From assembly GCA_963762115.1 (NCBI GenBank), contig CAVXJH010000003.1, positions 160,001-224,000 on the forward strand: a DNA stretch of 64,000 bases, in the 5' to 3' direction. The position numbers and the translations under genes were made by a program. Numbering within the stretch: the first letter of the stretch is position 1; each line of letters begins with the position of its first letter. Below the pieces are notes generated by a model. The model was not told the DNA's origin. It searched no databases and saw nothing but the letters and a program-made list of their open reading frames with translations. This document shows, one piece after another, positions 28,612-38,934 of this stretch. Source of the DNA: Candidatus Babeliales bacterium. GTDB lineage: Bacteria > Babelota > Babeliae > Babelales > JANWKD01.

Positions 28612-30285
28612 TTATGTAGCTTGTTCTGAAGTTATATAAGATAATATTTTCTCTTTATTTCTTTTTATAAGGCGTAGAATTTTCTCTTTGGTTTCTTGAT
28701 TTTCAAGTGATTCATAAGCATTCTTTCTTTCATGTGCACTTAAGAGCTTATCAACCATTTCCATAGAAGGTTTTTTTGCTCCTAAATCTATTAAATGCTT
28801 AACAACTTTAGGGAGACTGAATCCTATTGCCATTATGAGTAGTGTTCTATTTATTTTGTCAATTGCATTAATGTTACACCCATGTTCTTTGCAATGACTA
28901 ATAATTTTATTCCACTTTTTCATATATATTTTTTGTTGTTTTTTGGCATTTTCAAAATTTTGAGAATTTTCAGAAATTTTCTTATGAAACATATCATACA
29001 TATAATATAATGGGTGAGATTGGCCCCTTGGAGTATCAATGAGGGATGATTCTAAGCATGTAGTGCCGGCTTTAAGGAGTAATTTTACTCCTTTTGCATT
29101 GCATTCTAAAATTGTGTGAATTAATGGGGTAATGCCATCAAATTCTTTACTATTCAGTAATTTTTCTTTGTTTTCTGGATCATAATGACTGACATGGTTA
29201 AGTAAAATTCGAATTGCTTTATTATGATTTTTCTTTGTTGCACAAAGCAATCCTTTTGCAAGTTCACTATCATTTAGTTCAGTACCTAAAAATAATTGCA
29301 TGGCGATTATATTATTATTTTCTACGGCAAGTTCTATAAGGTCTATGGAACTTTCATTAACATATTTTTTCATTTCTTTGGTTAATAAATCTGGCAGAAG
29401 AGTATTATAACCAAATTTGATTGCGTATAAGATAGGAAGAGGAATTCTGTTCTTATCTATTAGCATTAAGTTTGCACCGGCGTTTAATAATGCCCGTGCG
29501 CATTGAGGTCTATTTTGCTGAAGATGATATAAAAAAGGTTCTTCTCTCCAAATATCTTGCATATTAATCTTATAACCTTTGTCCAATAATTCAGCGATTT
29601 TTTCGGGTGTTTGTGCATAATATAAATCCGTTTTATTGGTTAGATTGTAAGATATTTGTGTTTTTGGTTGTATAAATAGATTGTCTTGACAGAGGCCCAA
29701 TTTGTTCAAAATTTGAATGAGATTTTCATGCATTTGTTCAATATTATCTTCTTCGATTCGATGAAATTCAACACGGTTTGTAGGGTTTATTTTATTATGC
29801 ATGTTAACTAATGATCCAATGAGATTTTCATATTTTTTTAAAGATTGATAATTGTGAGTAGTAAGTGACAATGCTTGTGCTGCGGCCCGGCAATTACCTT
29901 CTCGTATAAAATATTCAATTGTTGATATATCTATTTTATTTTTAACATCTATTGTTGCACCATGTTTAACTAACGTAGGAATTTGTTCAGCGTTGGCAAA
30001 AAAAATTGGTGTACGACCTACAGAATCAACGGGTTTGTTAATATATTCTTCGGTTAATTCTGTTGGTAGTGCAGGAAAAATTGCATCAAGATTTGGTTGT
30101 TGAGGTAGCAAATAAAATGCAACACGTGCAGCAGTATCTTTGAGTGATCGTGGTTGGAATTTTTCTTGGGGTATAACAATAGCTTTTGTTTTTTTATCAT
30201 TATTTTCGTTATTTTCAATAGTTTCCATGCTTATAAGTGGGCAGGCATAAAAAAGCATTAAAAGTGTTAATAATTGTAATTTCAT
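28612..30285 (-). CDS. Ankyrin-repeat protein with signal peptide and SOCS-box-like segment
   Basis: GRTPIFFA, LLNAGAN, GITPLIH..LLLKAG and INAIDKINRTLL repeats; start MKLQLL. Confidence 0.85.
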   Translation of the reverse strand: MKLQLLTLLMLFYACPLISMETIENNENNDKKTKAIVIPQEKFQPRSLKDTAARVAFYLLPQQPNLDAIFPALPTELTEEYINKPVDSVGRTPIFFANAEQIPTLVKHGATIDVKNKIDISTIEYFIREGNCRAAAQALSLTTHNYQSLKKYENLIGSLVNMHNKINPTNRVEFHRIEEDNIEQMHENLIQILNKLGLCQDNLFIQPKTQISYNLTNKTDLYYAQTPEKIAELLDKGYKINMQDIWREEPFLYHLQQNRPQCARALLNAGANLMLIDKNRIPLPILYAIKFGYNTLLPDLLTKEMKKYVNESSIDLIELAVENNNIIAMQLFLGTELNDSELAKGLLCATKKNHNKAIRILLNHVSHYDPENKEKLLNSKEFDGITPLIHTILECNAKGVKLLLKAGTTCLESSLIDTPRGQSHPLYYMYDMFHKKISENSQNFENAKKQQKIYMKKWNKIISHCKEHGCNINAIDKINRTLLIMAIGFSLPKVVKHLIDLGAKKPSMEMVDKLLSAHERKNAYESLENQETKEKILRLIKRNKEKILSYITSEQAT

Positions 30286-30472
30286 AGTTTTCCCTGTTTT
30301 TTCTGTATTTTTATTATTGAATAAAAGTAACTTATTATTTAATAATAATATATTATGTAAAATTGTCAAATTGAAATATAAAAAAAGAACAGGTTCAGAG
30401 TATGTTAATCAAAAAAGGTTTGGGTATTTATAGGTTAAAAAAAGCCATAAAAGAGGGGTTTGCCAAACTAGG

Positions 30473-31579
30473 TTACCAACCATTATAGGCCTGATACTGT
30501 GCTCGACGGCGGTCATATTTATTGCGAAACATCATAGAACTGAACATTTTATCAGATAAATAGAGGTACCAGTCGAAATAGCAGGAAAAATACTTTTGAT
30601 CCATGCCTACAGCGATGGGAAAACGTTCAAAATCGATTGGAACGATGAGATTACTTTCTTTTTCTATACCAAAATTATTAATATGTGCATCTATGCGATG
30701 CTCAAGAAAGTTACTATAGGCCATAGCAATTTTTCTTTGTTCTGGATTTTGTAAATTATATGGTTCACCCCAAACAATCTCATCACAAATAATTGCATAG
30801 GTACCGGGAATAACGGTGCTTACGTGCCTATTAGGACCAATATTCCAGCCTTCAAGATGTATCCAACGAGGGTTTTTAGGTAACCAAAACCATTTTCTTG
30901 GAAAATCAACTTTTATGCTCCAATACGGATCTGCCTGGGTGAGTTTTTTTATTTCATGCAAATTTTTTATACGAGTAAATCCTAACAAATGCCTACTAAC
31001 GCCACCGGCCGTATAAAAAAATACATTAGGTTCTAAGCCCTTAGCAAGAGGATCAACAAAACTTTCAGGTGTTTCTATAAATAATTTTAAGATGAATGGG
31101 TACTCTTTGAATCGTAGTACATAGAGTCCGGTGTAGTATGATGTTTCGGTGTTTTGATTTTTGATGATAGTAAAGTGTTTGAAATTAATTTTCTTTTGAT
31201 TTTTGGGTAAATATTGTAGCTCTATTAATAATTCTTCGATCAAGATGCTGAGTGTTTTACCGGTTACTGATTTGTTTTTGTGGTAACGAAAAGTGATGTC
31301 AGTTTGAGGAAGCAGATTTGCATAAAAATGTTTTTTATCAAATACCCTAAAAACGACTTCTTCAAGATGAGAATTTTTCAAACTATACATTGTTGTATCG
31401 TTAAGATACCGTGCATGCAGGGTAGGAATTTGTTTATCAACAGGACGATGTGGACTTCTATCGCTGCGGATAAGGTGGGTAGTTAGTATGGTAATGATGA
31501 ACATGTACCAATATATTGATTTTTTTTTTTCACAAGCAGCTCTTTTTTGCTTAATTATTATCTCAAAATACTGATTCAA
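30473..31579 (-). CDS. Hypothetical protein, possible atypical kinase fold
   Basis: N-terminal hydrophobic segment; FILKLF, DAHINNF and PIDFE motifs. Confidence 0.65.
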   Translation of the reverse strand: MNQYFEIIIKQKRAACEKKKSIYWYMFIITILTTHLIRSDRSPHRPVDKQIPTLHARYLNDTTMYSLKNSHLEEVVFRVFDKKHFYANLLPQTDITFRYHKNKSVTGKTLSILIEELLIELQYLPKNQKKINFKHFTIIKNQNTETSYYTGLYVLRFKEYPFILKLFIETPESFVDPLAKGLEPNVFFYTAGGVSRHLLGFTRIKNLHEIKKLTQADPYWSIKVDFPRKWFWLPKNPRWIHLEGWNIGPNRHVSTVIPGTYAIICDEIVWGEPYNLQNPEQRKIAMAYSNFLEHRIDAHINNFGIEKESNLIVPIDFERFPIAVGMDQKYFSCYFDWYLYLSDKMFSSMMFRNKYDRRRAQYQAYNGW

Positions 31580-31808
31580 GGTGAATGTTTTATCTCAATT
31601 GTACACAATTTTTGTAATAAAAGTAATGAAAGTGCAGTACATTTAGCAAGATATTGAAATATTGATTTCAGAGAACTCATCATTGTACCTTATCCAATAG
31701 TAAGAAAAGTGTATTGAAAAAATCTTGTTGATCAAGGATCGATCCCATAGTAGCTTGAGGTATGAGAGAGAAGCTGACCAAGTATAAGACTAAAAAAAAG
31801 GTTGAGAT

Positions 31809-32339
31809 ATGGAGAAAAAAAATATGCAAAAACATTATGAGCTTGTGCAATTTTTATCAAATATTCCTGGAAAAATTGTAGAATTGCATGGCCTTGAAAA
31901 TATTACCGAATTTGTTTTACATGATTTATCAAGTCCGCAGTGCTTTAATTTTTCCAAAGTAGGCTATTTTGTAGATAATCCAGATTTTAATTGCTTTAAA
32001 GGTGTTGTTGGCTATCATACAAATCAACAATTTTCACCACAACATGTAATTTGGGATGATCCAGATCTTTTTACGGCACATATGAAACAAGTTAATTTCA
32101 ATAATGAAGTAAGAAAATTGGCATGTTCGAGTCCTAAAAAAGGTTCGGTATGTGAAAAAGCATTTGTTCAGGAAGTTGCACAGGAATTAAAGTTTAATGA
32201 TCCATCCTATTTTTGTTGGAAAATGAAACATGATAACCACGGTTTAGTAATTTTTGAACATGGAAATGGTCATACTCATTGGGATCAAAAAGATTTGGCA
32301 AATGGCGTAAATCTTTTGAGTTTGTGCCCTATTTTTTAA
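31809..32339 (+). CDS. Hypothetical protein (possibly GAF-like)
   Basis: 176-aa ORF in an otherwise unoccupied interval. Confidence 0.7.
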   Translation: MEKKNMQKHYELVQFLSNIPGKIVELHGLENITEFVLHDLSSPQCFNFSKVGYFVDNPDFNCFKGVVGYHTNQQFSPQHVIWDDPDLFTAHMKQVNFNNEVRKLACSSPKKGSVCEKAFVQEVAQELKFNDPSYFCWKMKHDNHGLVIFEHGNGHTHWDQKDLANGVNLLSLCPIF

Positions 32340-32356
32340 TGAATGTAAGGGGACAT

Positions 32357-33535
32357 TTATTTTTGCATGGCAATGAGTCCAGGCATTATTTCGCCACTTA
32401 AATAGGCTAATGTTGAACCGCCTCCGGTTGAGAGGAAATTTATTTTTTCTGCTAGGCCAAATTTTCTGACGGCACTTACAGAATCACCACCGCCAACAAC
32501 GGTGAAAGCTGGTGATTGAGCAACTAACTCTAAAAGTTTCTGTAATTCTTGCATAGTTTCTGGTTGATTTGCAAATCCCATTGCAGCATTAAAAAAAATA
32601 GTTTTTGCTTGTTTAATTGTTTTAGAAAATTGAATAAGAGTTTTAGGTCCAATCGATATACCCATGCTTGATTTTGGTAGAGCATTGGCATCAACGGTAA
32701 TGAGTTTTTTTTCTTTCCCTTGCAGCATAACACGATAATCTTCAGGGAAAACGAGCGTTACTTCTTTGTTTTTTGCTTCTTCTAGCAAGGCTAATGATTT
32801 TGCAAGAGCAGGAGTATCAACAAGAGAATTACCAACTTCAAATCCTAATGCTTTCATAAAGGTGAACACTAAAGCAGGGCAGAGCAAAATAGTGTTAGCA
32901 ACATTAATAATATGATGAAGCATTGGTAACTTGGTGGTAACTTTGCCGCCGCCCATGATAACAACAAAGGGGTGTTCTGGGTGAATGAGTTTATCTAAAG
33001 CGTTGAGTTCATGTCCAATAAGTAACCCTATGGTGCAATGCTGTGCATCAAATAATGTGGGAACCAAGGTTATTGAAGTGTCATTTCGGTGAAGAAGGCC
33101 AAATGCATCGTTAACATAAAAATCTGCTAATGAAGCTAACTCTTGAGCAAAAGAAGGATCTTGATTTTGTTCGCCAGGAAAAAATCTGAGATTTTCGAGT
33201 AAAATAATCGGTGAATCTAGTAACCTTGCGTCAGCAAAAGTAGGGCTAAATTGTATTTGATATGTATGTTTTTGAAACCATGGTAATAAAATTTTTGTTG
33301 ATAGTTTTTGATTATATTTCCCTTCAGGTCTTCCCAGATGTGTTGCCAAAATAATCTGACCACCTTTTTTTAAAATGAGATTAATCGTTGGTAAAATCGC
33401 CAGCAAGCGATAATCATCAAGAATTTTTTCATTGCTTAAAGGAACATTGAGATCTGCTCTGAGTAGAATTTTTTTATCTTTTAGATTGAATTCAGATAAT
33501 AAACTTTTGTAGCTATATTTTTTTTCATTGCGCAT
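32357..33535 (-). CDS. pgk: Phosphoglycerate kinase
   Basis: RADLNVP, HLGRP, LLENLRF, NDAFG, GGGDS and STGGG motifs. Confidence 0.97.
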   Translation of the reverse strand: MRNEKKYSYKSLLSEFNLKDKKILLRADLNVPLSNEKILDDYRLLAILPTINLILKKGGQIILATHLGRPEGKYNQKLSTKILLPWFQKHTYQIQFSPTFADARLLDSPIILLENLRFFPGEQNQDPSFAQELASLADFYVNDAFGLLHRNDTSITLVPTLFDAQHCTIGLLIGHELNALDKLIHPEHPFVVIMGGGKVTTKLPMLHHIINVANTILLCPALVFTFMKALGFEVGNSLVDTPALAKSLALLEEAKNKEVTLVFPEDYRVMLQGKEKKLITVDANALPKSSMGISIGPKTLIQFSKTIKQAKTIFFNAAMGFANQPETMQELQKLLELVAQSPAFTVVGGGDSVSAVRKFGLAEKINFLSTGGGSTLAYLSGEIMPGLIAMQK

Positions 33536-33708
33536 ACAGGATTTCTTTCTTGTTTATCTATTAAAAACAGTGTAACTATAGTTTGCATTTTTTTTGTTGT
33601 AAATGGCATAAAAGATGTATGCATTGTGTTAATAATTTGAAAAAATATATAAAAAGGGTATGTTGTGAAAACTTATTGTATAAGTCTAATGTTTAATTAT
33701 TTTTAACG

Positions 33709-34161
33709 ATGAAAGGAATCGTTATGTTTCGAAAAAAATTATTAATAGTGGCGTTATGTGTGACAGCGCAATCTTTTGCTTTACCGTCAAAATTCGAAGG
33801 TGAACAGAACTCACGGCATGAAAAACATAGATGTTTTAAGGGTTTCAAGAAAGGTGACATATGTCAATTTGTGGAAGGTGCCGATGGCAAGCTAACTCCA
33901 CAAAAAGTTGATAATTCAAGAACCGAACAAGTAAATTCTGGTATTCGTGCGTTTACTGTATCAATGCTTATTGGATTTATTGCTCAAGGCTACTCAAGGA
34001 GTAATGGTGATATGACACCACATCTTCTAGGTTTAGTTACCAATCTTGCTGCGAATCTTTTTATTGGCGGGTTAGTATGCCAAGATCGTAAATTTATGAC
34101 CCAGTTTGGTGGGGGTTTAACAGGTTATATTCTTGGATCAGTTGGAAGAAATTCTTTTTAG
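33709..34161 (+). CDS. Hypothetical secreted/membrane protein with Gly-rich C-terminal helices
   Basis: Signal peptide (start may be 33724); three hydrophobic Gly-rich segments. Confidence 0.7.
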   Translation: MKGIVMFRKKLLIVALCVTAQSFALPSKFEGEQNSRHEKHRCFKGFKKGDICQFVEGADGKLTPQKVDNSRTEQVNSGIRAFTVSMLIGFIAQGYSRSNGDMTPHLLGLVTNLAANLFIGGLVCQDRKFMTQFGGGLTGYILGSVGRNSF

Positions 34162-34253
34162 TAATTTATTGCTAATTTTATTAATTTTTTGTTAAAGTAG
34201 GGTTCGTATGTACATATGTCTCTCTTAAATTTTTTCAATAAAAAGGATCTCTT

Positions 34254-34691
34254 ATGATACTACATAAACAATTAATTCTTACTTTGTCATTCGCTTTGTT
34301 AACAACATCTTTGTGTAATGCTAACGACATACCGTTATATAAGGAAAAAACAACTCAACAAAAAGCAGCTGGAATTGTCAAAGAAGGATCTATTTCTGCG
34401 GTCTGTTTTTTTGTTGCGTCATTTATTATGAAAGGCTTAGTTCCTCAAGAATGGGAACAAGCAGCAGCATTGCTTCTAGGTATATCGGCAACAGGTCTTG
34501 CAAATCATAAAACGGTAAAACAAGTAGTAAAACATCCAATGGTCAGTGCAAAAGATCCAGAAACTGCTGGTAAAGTTTTAGCAATGGTTGTTGGTGGTGT
34601 TGCAGGTAATTATGGTTCAGGATATACTTCTGGTGCAAAAAGAACTTTTGAAAACTTAAGAAGTGACTCTAAGAGTAATCCTACAATCTAA
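34254..34691 (+). CDS. Hypothetical secreted/membrane protein with Gly-rich helices
   Basis: Signal peptide; VVGGVAGNYG glycine-zipper-like segment. Confidence 0.7.
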   Translation: MILHKQLILTLSFALLTTSLCNANDIPLYKEKTTQQKAAGIVKEGSISAVCFFVASFIMKGLVPQEWEQAAALLLGISATGLANHKTVKQVVKHPMVSAKDPETAGKVLAMVVGGVAGNYGSGYTSGAKRTFENLRSDSKSNPTI

Positions 34692-34712
34692 TTCGATGTC
34701 GTAATAAAGTTA

Positions 34713-34752
34713 AAAAAACAAGCGGATGTAAAAGAGCATCCGCTTGTTTTTT
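34713..34752. terminator. Bidirectional intrinsic terminator
   Basis: AAAAAACAAGCGGATG-loop-CATCCGCTTGTTTTTT between convergent genes. Confidence 0.85.
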
Positions 34753-34753
34753 A

Positions 34754-35971
34754 TTAATTTTTTAATGAATGCGCAATAAGCATATCATCGATTTTTCTTA
34801 TCGATATAAAAGCGGCAATACTGCTGAGTAGCATCACTACACAAAAGACTATCAAAAAAATTTCTGGATCCAAAGCAATGGGCAGATGCGTAGCAAAATA
34901 AGCATCAGGCAGTTCAATATGCACATAACGTTGTAAAATGAGTCCAACTAAAAGTGCACACAATAAGCCGGTGATGCAAGCCAAAAGTGCAATGCTCATA
35001 CCCATAATAAAAAATATTTTTTTTATATCACTAAACGATGTGCCTAATGTTTGCAAAATGGCAATGTCAGTTTTTTTTTGTATAATTTGCATGAATAATA
35101 ATGAAACAATGCTCATACTCGCCACTAAAATAATTAAAGTGAGAATGAAAAAACTGGCATATTTTTCTAGTCTGAGTGCTGCTAACAATGCTGGATATAA
35201 TTCTTTCCATGAATAACAATCCAACTCAAATCGTTTTTTTAATTTTTTTATAAGTATTGATTCATCGGTTTTATTTTTCAATTTTAATTGAACGCTGGTG
35301 ATGCCCGCATCGGGAAAAAGTTCTTGTGCTTGTTCAAGTGTGCAAAGAATAAGTGACGAATCAAATTCTTCAATACCAGTTTTAAAAACGCCACCAACCG
35401 TGAGATTGGCAGAATCTAACTGAATTGTTTTTGACCAATCTTGTGTTGCCGGTGCAAATAACAGTTGAAATTGATTGTTGATGCTGGTGTGTAATTTAGC
35501 AGCAAGTTTTTCGCCGATTGCAACGCGATTAGTATGCACACTTTTTTTTAAAGATTCTTTATTGAGTAGTTTTGTTTCAATTGAAGTTGTTTGTGATTCA
35601 GCGATTGGATCGATGGCCTTGAGGGTGATCAACATGCTTAATTGGCCGCTACCATCTTGAATTATTCCATAATGCTGATTGGTGGGGGAAATGCCAACAA
35701 CTTCCGGAAATTCATTTTTTAAAACGCGTTGTATTGCATCAAAATCTAATTGTTCATTGCCATATGCTTGCATAATAATGTGTGCATGGATGCCTTGCAT
35801 ATGCTCATGGGTAGCTTGTTCAAAGCCACGCATGATGGAAACAACCAATGCTAAACTGAAAGAGCCAAGGGCAATACCAAGAAAACAAATTTTGATCATT
35901 GTATTGATAGATCGTTCTTGTTTTGTTTTTACTAAATAACGCCACGAAAGGAGTAAAGAAAGAGAATTCAT
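34754..35971 (-). CDS. LolC/LolE (MacB/FtsX-type) ABC transporter permease
   Basis: WRYL, VSIMRGF, GVFKTG, W.E and K..DIAILQTLG motifs; start MNSLS. Confidence 0.9.
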   Translation of the reverse strand: MNSLSLLLSWRYLVKTKQERSINTMIKICFLGIALGSFSLALVVSIMRGFEQATHEHMQGIHAHIIMQAYGNEQLDFDAIQRVLKNEFPEVVGISPTNQHYGIIQDGSGQLSMLITLKAIDPIAESQTTSIETKLLNKESLKKSVHTNRVAIGEKLAAKLHTSINNQFQLLFAPATQDWSKTIQLDSANLTVGGVFKTGIEEFDSSLILCTLEQAQELFPDAGITSVQLKLKNKTDESILIKKLKKRFELDCYSWKELYPALLAALRLEKYASFFILTLIILVASMSIVSLLFMQIIQKKTDIAILQTLGTSFSDIKKIFFIMGMSIALLACITGLLCALLVGLILQRYVHIELPDAYFATHLPIALDPEIFLIVFCVVMLLSSIAAFISIRKIDDMLIAHSLKN

Positions 35972-36055
35972 AAGTAACCTTACATGCTTGTCAATTTGTT
36001 TCGTTTTAATTAGGATACTAGTAACGTTTTTTGATTGCAAAACAAAAGGTATAGT

Positions 36056-36760
36056 ATGAAGCAAATAGTATATGCTGCATTGTTAGTTTTTCTTGTTTTA
36101 TCGTTCTCGAGCTGTTCTCGATACATTTCTTGGGGCAAAGAAGTTTTTAATCAAGGAGAGAAACTTGATACCTATGCCGAAAATGTAAAACCTTACATTC
36201 GATCAGGAAGAGTGTACGATCAATTTACTACCTTAGGTAATTTTGATGCGATGTGGTTGGCTGATCCTGTGCGTCGTGCTTATGCACAATCATATTCACA
36301 TAAGCGTGGTTATTCAAAAGAACAATACGTTAATTTTTTACAAAATCAATTGGAAGAGAATGATCATTTTATTTCATTCTATCTTTTAGCGATTGTTGGT
36401 GGGCCAGGCGTTATTGAGCTTAATAACAAAAATTCGCTCTGGGCTATTCAACTAAAAATTGGTGATGATTATTTTACGCCCGTGAAAATAGAAGTTGTTG
36501 AACAATTACCTGCTGAATATCAATATTTCTTTGGTAAATATTGGACGGTATTTAAAGCGCAATATCTTATTTCATTTAATGCTATTGATGAAGATGATGA
36601 TCCTTTACTCTATTCTTCATTGCGATCAATCTCATTGGTGTTTAGACGTGTTGGTCATCAAATTGAATTAGTGTGGCCGCTTGATGGTCAAACGCATATA
36701 ATTCCTCGCTGTGGTCTTAATACTGATGTGCTTGCCTATGATCTTTATGATAACATTTAA
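36056..36760 (+). CDS. Putative lipoprotein
   Basis: MKQIVYAALLVFLVLSFSS-C lipobox-like signal. Confidence 0.75.
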   Translation: MKQIVYAALLVFLVLSFSSCSRYISWGKEVFNQGEKLDTYAENVKPYIRSGRVYDQFTTLGNFDAMWLADPVRRAYAQSYSHKRGYSKEQYVNFLQNQLEENDHFISFYLLAIVGGPGVIELNNKNSLWAIQLKIGDDYFTPVKIEVVEQLPAEYQYFFGKYWTVFKAQYLISFNAIDEDDDPLLYSSLRSISLVFRRVGHQIELVWPLDGQTHIIPRCGLNTDVLAYDLYDNI

Positions 36761-36818
36761 GGTGGATTTGATGAATAAGGGTATTTTTTTATAAGCAAAA
36801 TTAATAATTTAATCACCA

Positions 36819-36931
36819 TGTCATCATGAGGAGCTTTGCGACGTAGTGATCCAGTCTATAAAATAAAAAAAACTTAAATCATGGATTCCTACGCCGTGCT
36901 TCGCCAAGGCTACGCAGGGCTCAGAATGACA
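36819..36931. repeat. Inverted dimer of TGTC-tagged hairpin arms
   Basis: Left TGTCATCATGAG..CGTAGTGATCCAG; right (revcomp) TGTCATTCTGAG-[CTWCG module]-CGTAGGAATCCA. Confidence 0.85.
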
Positions 36932-36963
36932 AGCGGGAATATTTAGAAGTATGAAAGTCATAT

Positions 36964-37419
36964 ATGAAAAAAAAGTATACCATTGTCATCGGCGCTGATC
37001 ATCGTGGTTTTGCGCTTAAACAATTTTTAATGGCGCATGATTATGAGCATGTTGCTATCACTTGGATTGATGTTGGTGCATTTTCTGATGAGCGTTCTGA
37101 TTATCCAGAATTTGCGCTGGAAGCTACAAAAGCGATTGTAGAAAAAAAAGCTGAATGTGGTGTTTTGCTCTGCGCTTCTGGTGTTGGCATGGCTGTTGTT
37201 GCAAATAGATTTCCTGGCATTTATGCAGGAGTCGCTTGGAATGCAGAGATTGCTGCAAGTGCAAAAGAAGATGATAACATTAATATGTTAGTGATGCCTT
37301 CTGATTATGTTACGCATGAAGAGAGTGTGCGCATCCTGATTGCTTGGTTGTCAGCTGAATTCAAGCATGGGCGCTATGAAAAGCGCATTGCTTTAATTGA
37401 TGCAATTTCAGTGAAATAG
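36964..37419 (+). CDS. rpiB: Ribose-5-phosphate isomerase B (RpiB/LacAB family)
   Basis: GADHRG, DYP, LCASGVG..ANR and F..GRY..R motifs. Confidence 0.92.
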   Translation: MKKKYTIVIGADHRGFALKQFLMAHDYEHVAITWIDVGAFSDERSDYPEFALEATKAIVEKKAECGVLLCASGVGMAVVANRFPGIYAGVAWNAEIAASAKEDDNINMLVMPSDYVTHEESVRILIAWLSAEFKHGRYEKRIALIDAISVK

Positions 37420-37476
37420 ATTTAAATACTTTGTAAAAAAATAATTTTGCTTTTGCACATGTGTATTATCGCCCAA

Positions 37477-37634
37477 TGTCATTCCGAGGCACATTGTGCC
37501 GTGGGAACCCAGCTTATAAAATTCTTTTTATTTTCCTATTAGTTGGACCTACCAATTCAATAAGTTTTAGTTTTGTGTATTGATTTATTAGAACATTATA
37601 ATCTGGGTTGCCACGGCACAATGTGCCTCGCAAT
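37477..37634. repeat. Inverted dimer of TGTC arms, right arm split by the IS (remainder at 38811-38819)
   Basis: Left TGTCATTCCGAGGCACATTGTGCCGTGGGAACCCAG; right arm matches 58923-58972 once the IS and one GCAAT are removed. Confidence 0.92.
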
Positions 37635-38810
37635 TGTAAAAGTTCATAATTTCGGTGAATAAAAAATACCCACAAAAGTAAATCAGAGTTAGAATTGAAT
37701 ACGCAATATTAACAATTTTAACGCAGGAGTTCTTTTGTGAGTATAAATACATCGTATCCTACTTTGGTTAGCAATTCAATAAAGTACATGCTAAAATATG
37801 TAGAAGAATATGAGCTTGTTAAGGCAAAGAAGCACCCACAATTTAGGTTTGTTCGAGAATTTTTTGAAGCCAGGGAACTCTGTTTCCAGAATTTTTATAA
37901 ACTTTATGGGCGTTATAAAGCAGCCCAGGGAATTCCCGAACTTCTACTGCCTATAAGGCGCGGCCCTAAACCAAAATTTGAAGAATTGCCACTTGCAGAT
38001 GATAGCCTTGTAAAAAAAATTTTAGAATACCGAAAATCAGGTTTAAATAGGTATGTTATCGCTGCAGCTCTCAAGAAAAATCCTTCGATCAAAAAAGGTA
38101 TTTCTGCAAGTTCAGTGTACCGAACTTTACGAAAATATGGTGTGTCAAAATTAACCAAGTTAGCGCAAGAGGAAAAAAGAAAGATTGTGAGAACATTTGC
38201 AGGATCATTAGCTCATATAGATTGCCATTACCTACCTAAGGGAATTGTACAATCTGAACCTAAAAAGAAATATTTTGTATTGGGTGTAATTGATGATTTT
38301 TCGAGAATAGTTTGGGTCGAAGTAATTGAATCTTTAAAGGCAATTGATGTTGCCTTTGCTATGATGGATATTATTTTACATATGAACCAACGATATAGTA
38401 TCACCTTTGATGAAGCTCTGACAGATAATGGTGCTGAGTTTTGTTCAACGCCAGAAAAATTAAAAAATCATCCTTTTGAACGATTGCTACTTCATTTTGC
38501 GATTAAACATCGAAGAACTTTGCCTTATCGACCACAAACAAATGGAAAAATTGAAAGATTTTGGCGTTCTTTTGATGATGAAGTTATTGAAGGATCCATC
38601 TTTAACACAATCGATGAATTAAAAGATGCTGTTCTTGGATATAATTTCTATCACAATGAACATCGGCCGCATCAAGGTTTGAATGGCAAAGTACCATTCG
38701 AATTGTTGAAAGAAACCGGCATACCCGTTTAAGGAATTAAAAAACTTACAATTCAACTTTGATTGCCACTTTGTGCAAAAAATTATTCACCGAAACTCTG
38801 AACACATACA
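37635..38810 (+). mobile_element. IS481-family insertion sequence, 1176 bp
   Basis: TGT...ACA ends; 28-bp imperfect terminal inverted repeats (23/28: 37635-37662 and 38783-38810); 5-bp target duplication GCAAT at 37630-37634 and 38811-38815. Confidence 0.92.
37737..38732 (+). CDS. IS481-family DDE transposase (rve integrase core)
   Basis: HIDC, IDDFSR, LTDNGAEF, PQTNGKIERF and YN..RPHQGL motifs. Confidence 0.93.
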   Translation: MSINTSYPTLVSNSIKYMLKYVEEYELVKAKKHPQFRFVREFFEARELCFQNFYKLYGRYKAAQGIPELLLPIRRGPKPKFEELPLADDSLVKKILEYRKSGLNRYVIAAALKKNPSIKKGISASSVYRTLRKYGVSKLTKLAQEEKRKIVRTFAGSLAHIDCHYLPKGIVQSEPKKKYFVLGVIDDFSRIVWVEVIESLKAIDVAFAMMDIILHMNQRYSITFDEALTDNGAEFCSTPEKLKNHPFERLLLHFAIKHRRTLPYRPQTNGKIERFWRSFDDEVIEGSIFNTIDELKDAVLGYNFYHNEHRPHQGLNGKVPFELLKETGIPV

Positions 38811-38872
38811 GCAATGACAATTCGAGTGATTTGTTTTTGTTTAAATTTGTTTATCTTGTATTTGGTATTTCA

Positions 38873-38919
38873 AAAAAAACTGGCGATGAAAGTATTAAAT
38901 TTTCATCGCCAGTTTTTTT
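38873..38919. terminator. Intrinsic terminator (bidirectional form)
   Basis: AAAAAAACTGGCGATGAAA-loop-TTTCATCGCCAGTTTTTTT just past the stop of the FtsH-like gene. Confidence 0.85.
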
Positions 38920-38934
38920 ATTTAAACAGGTTTT

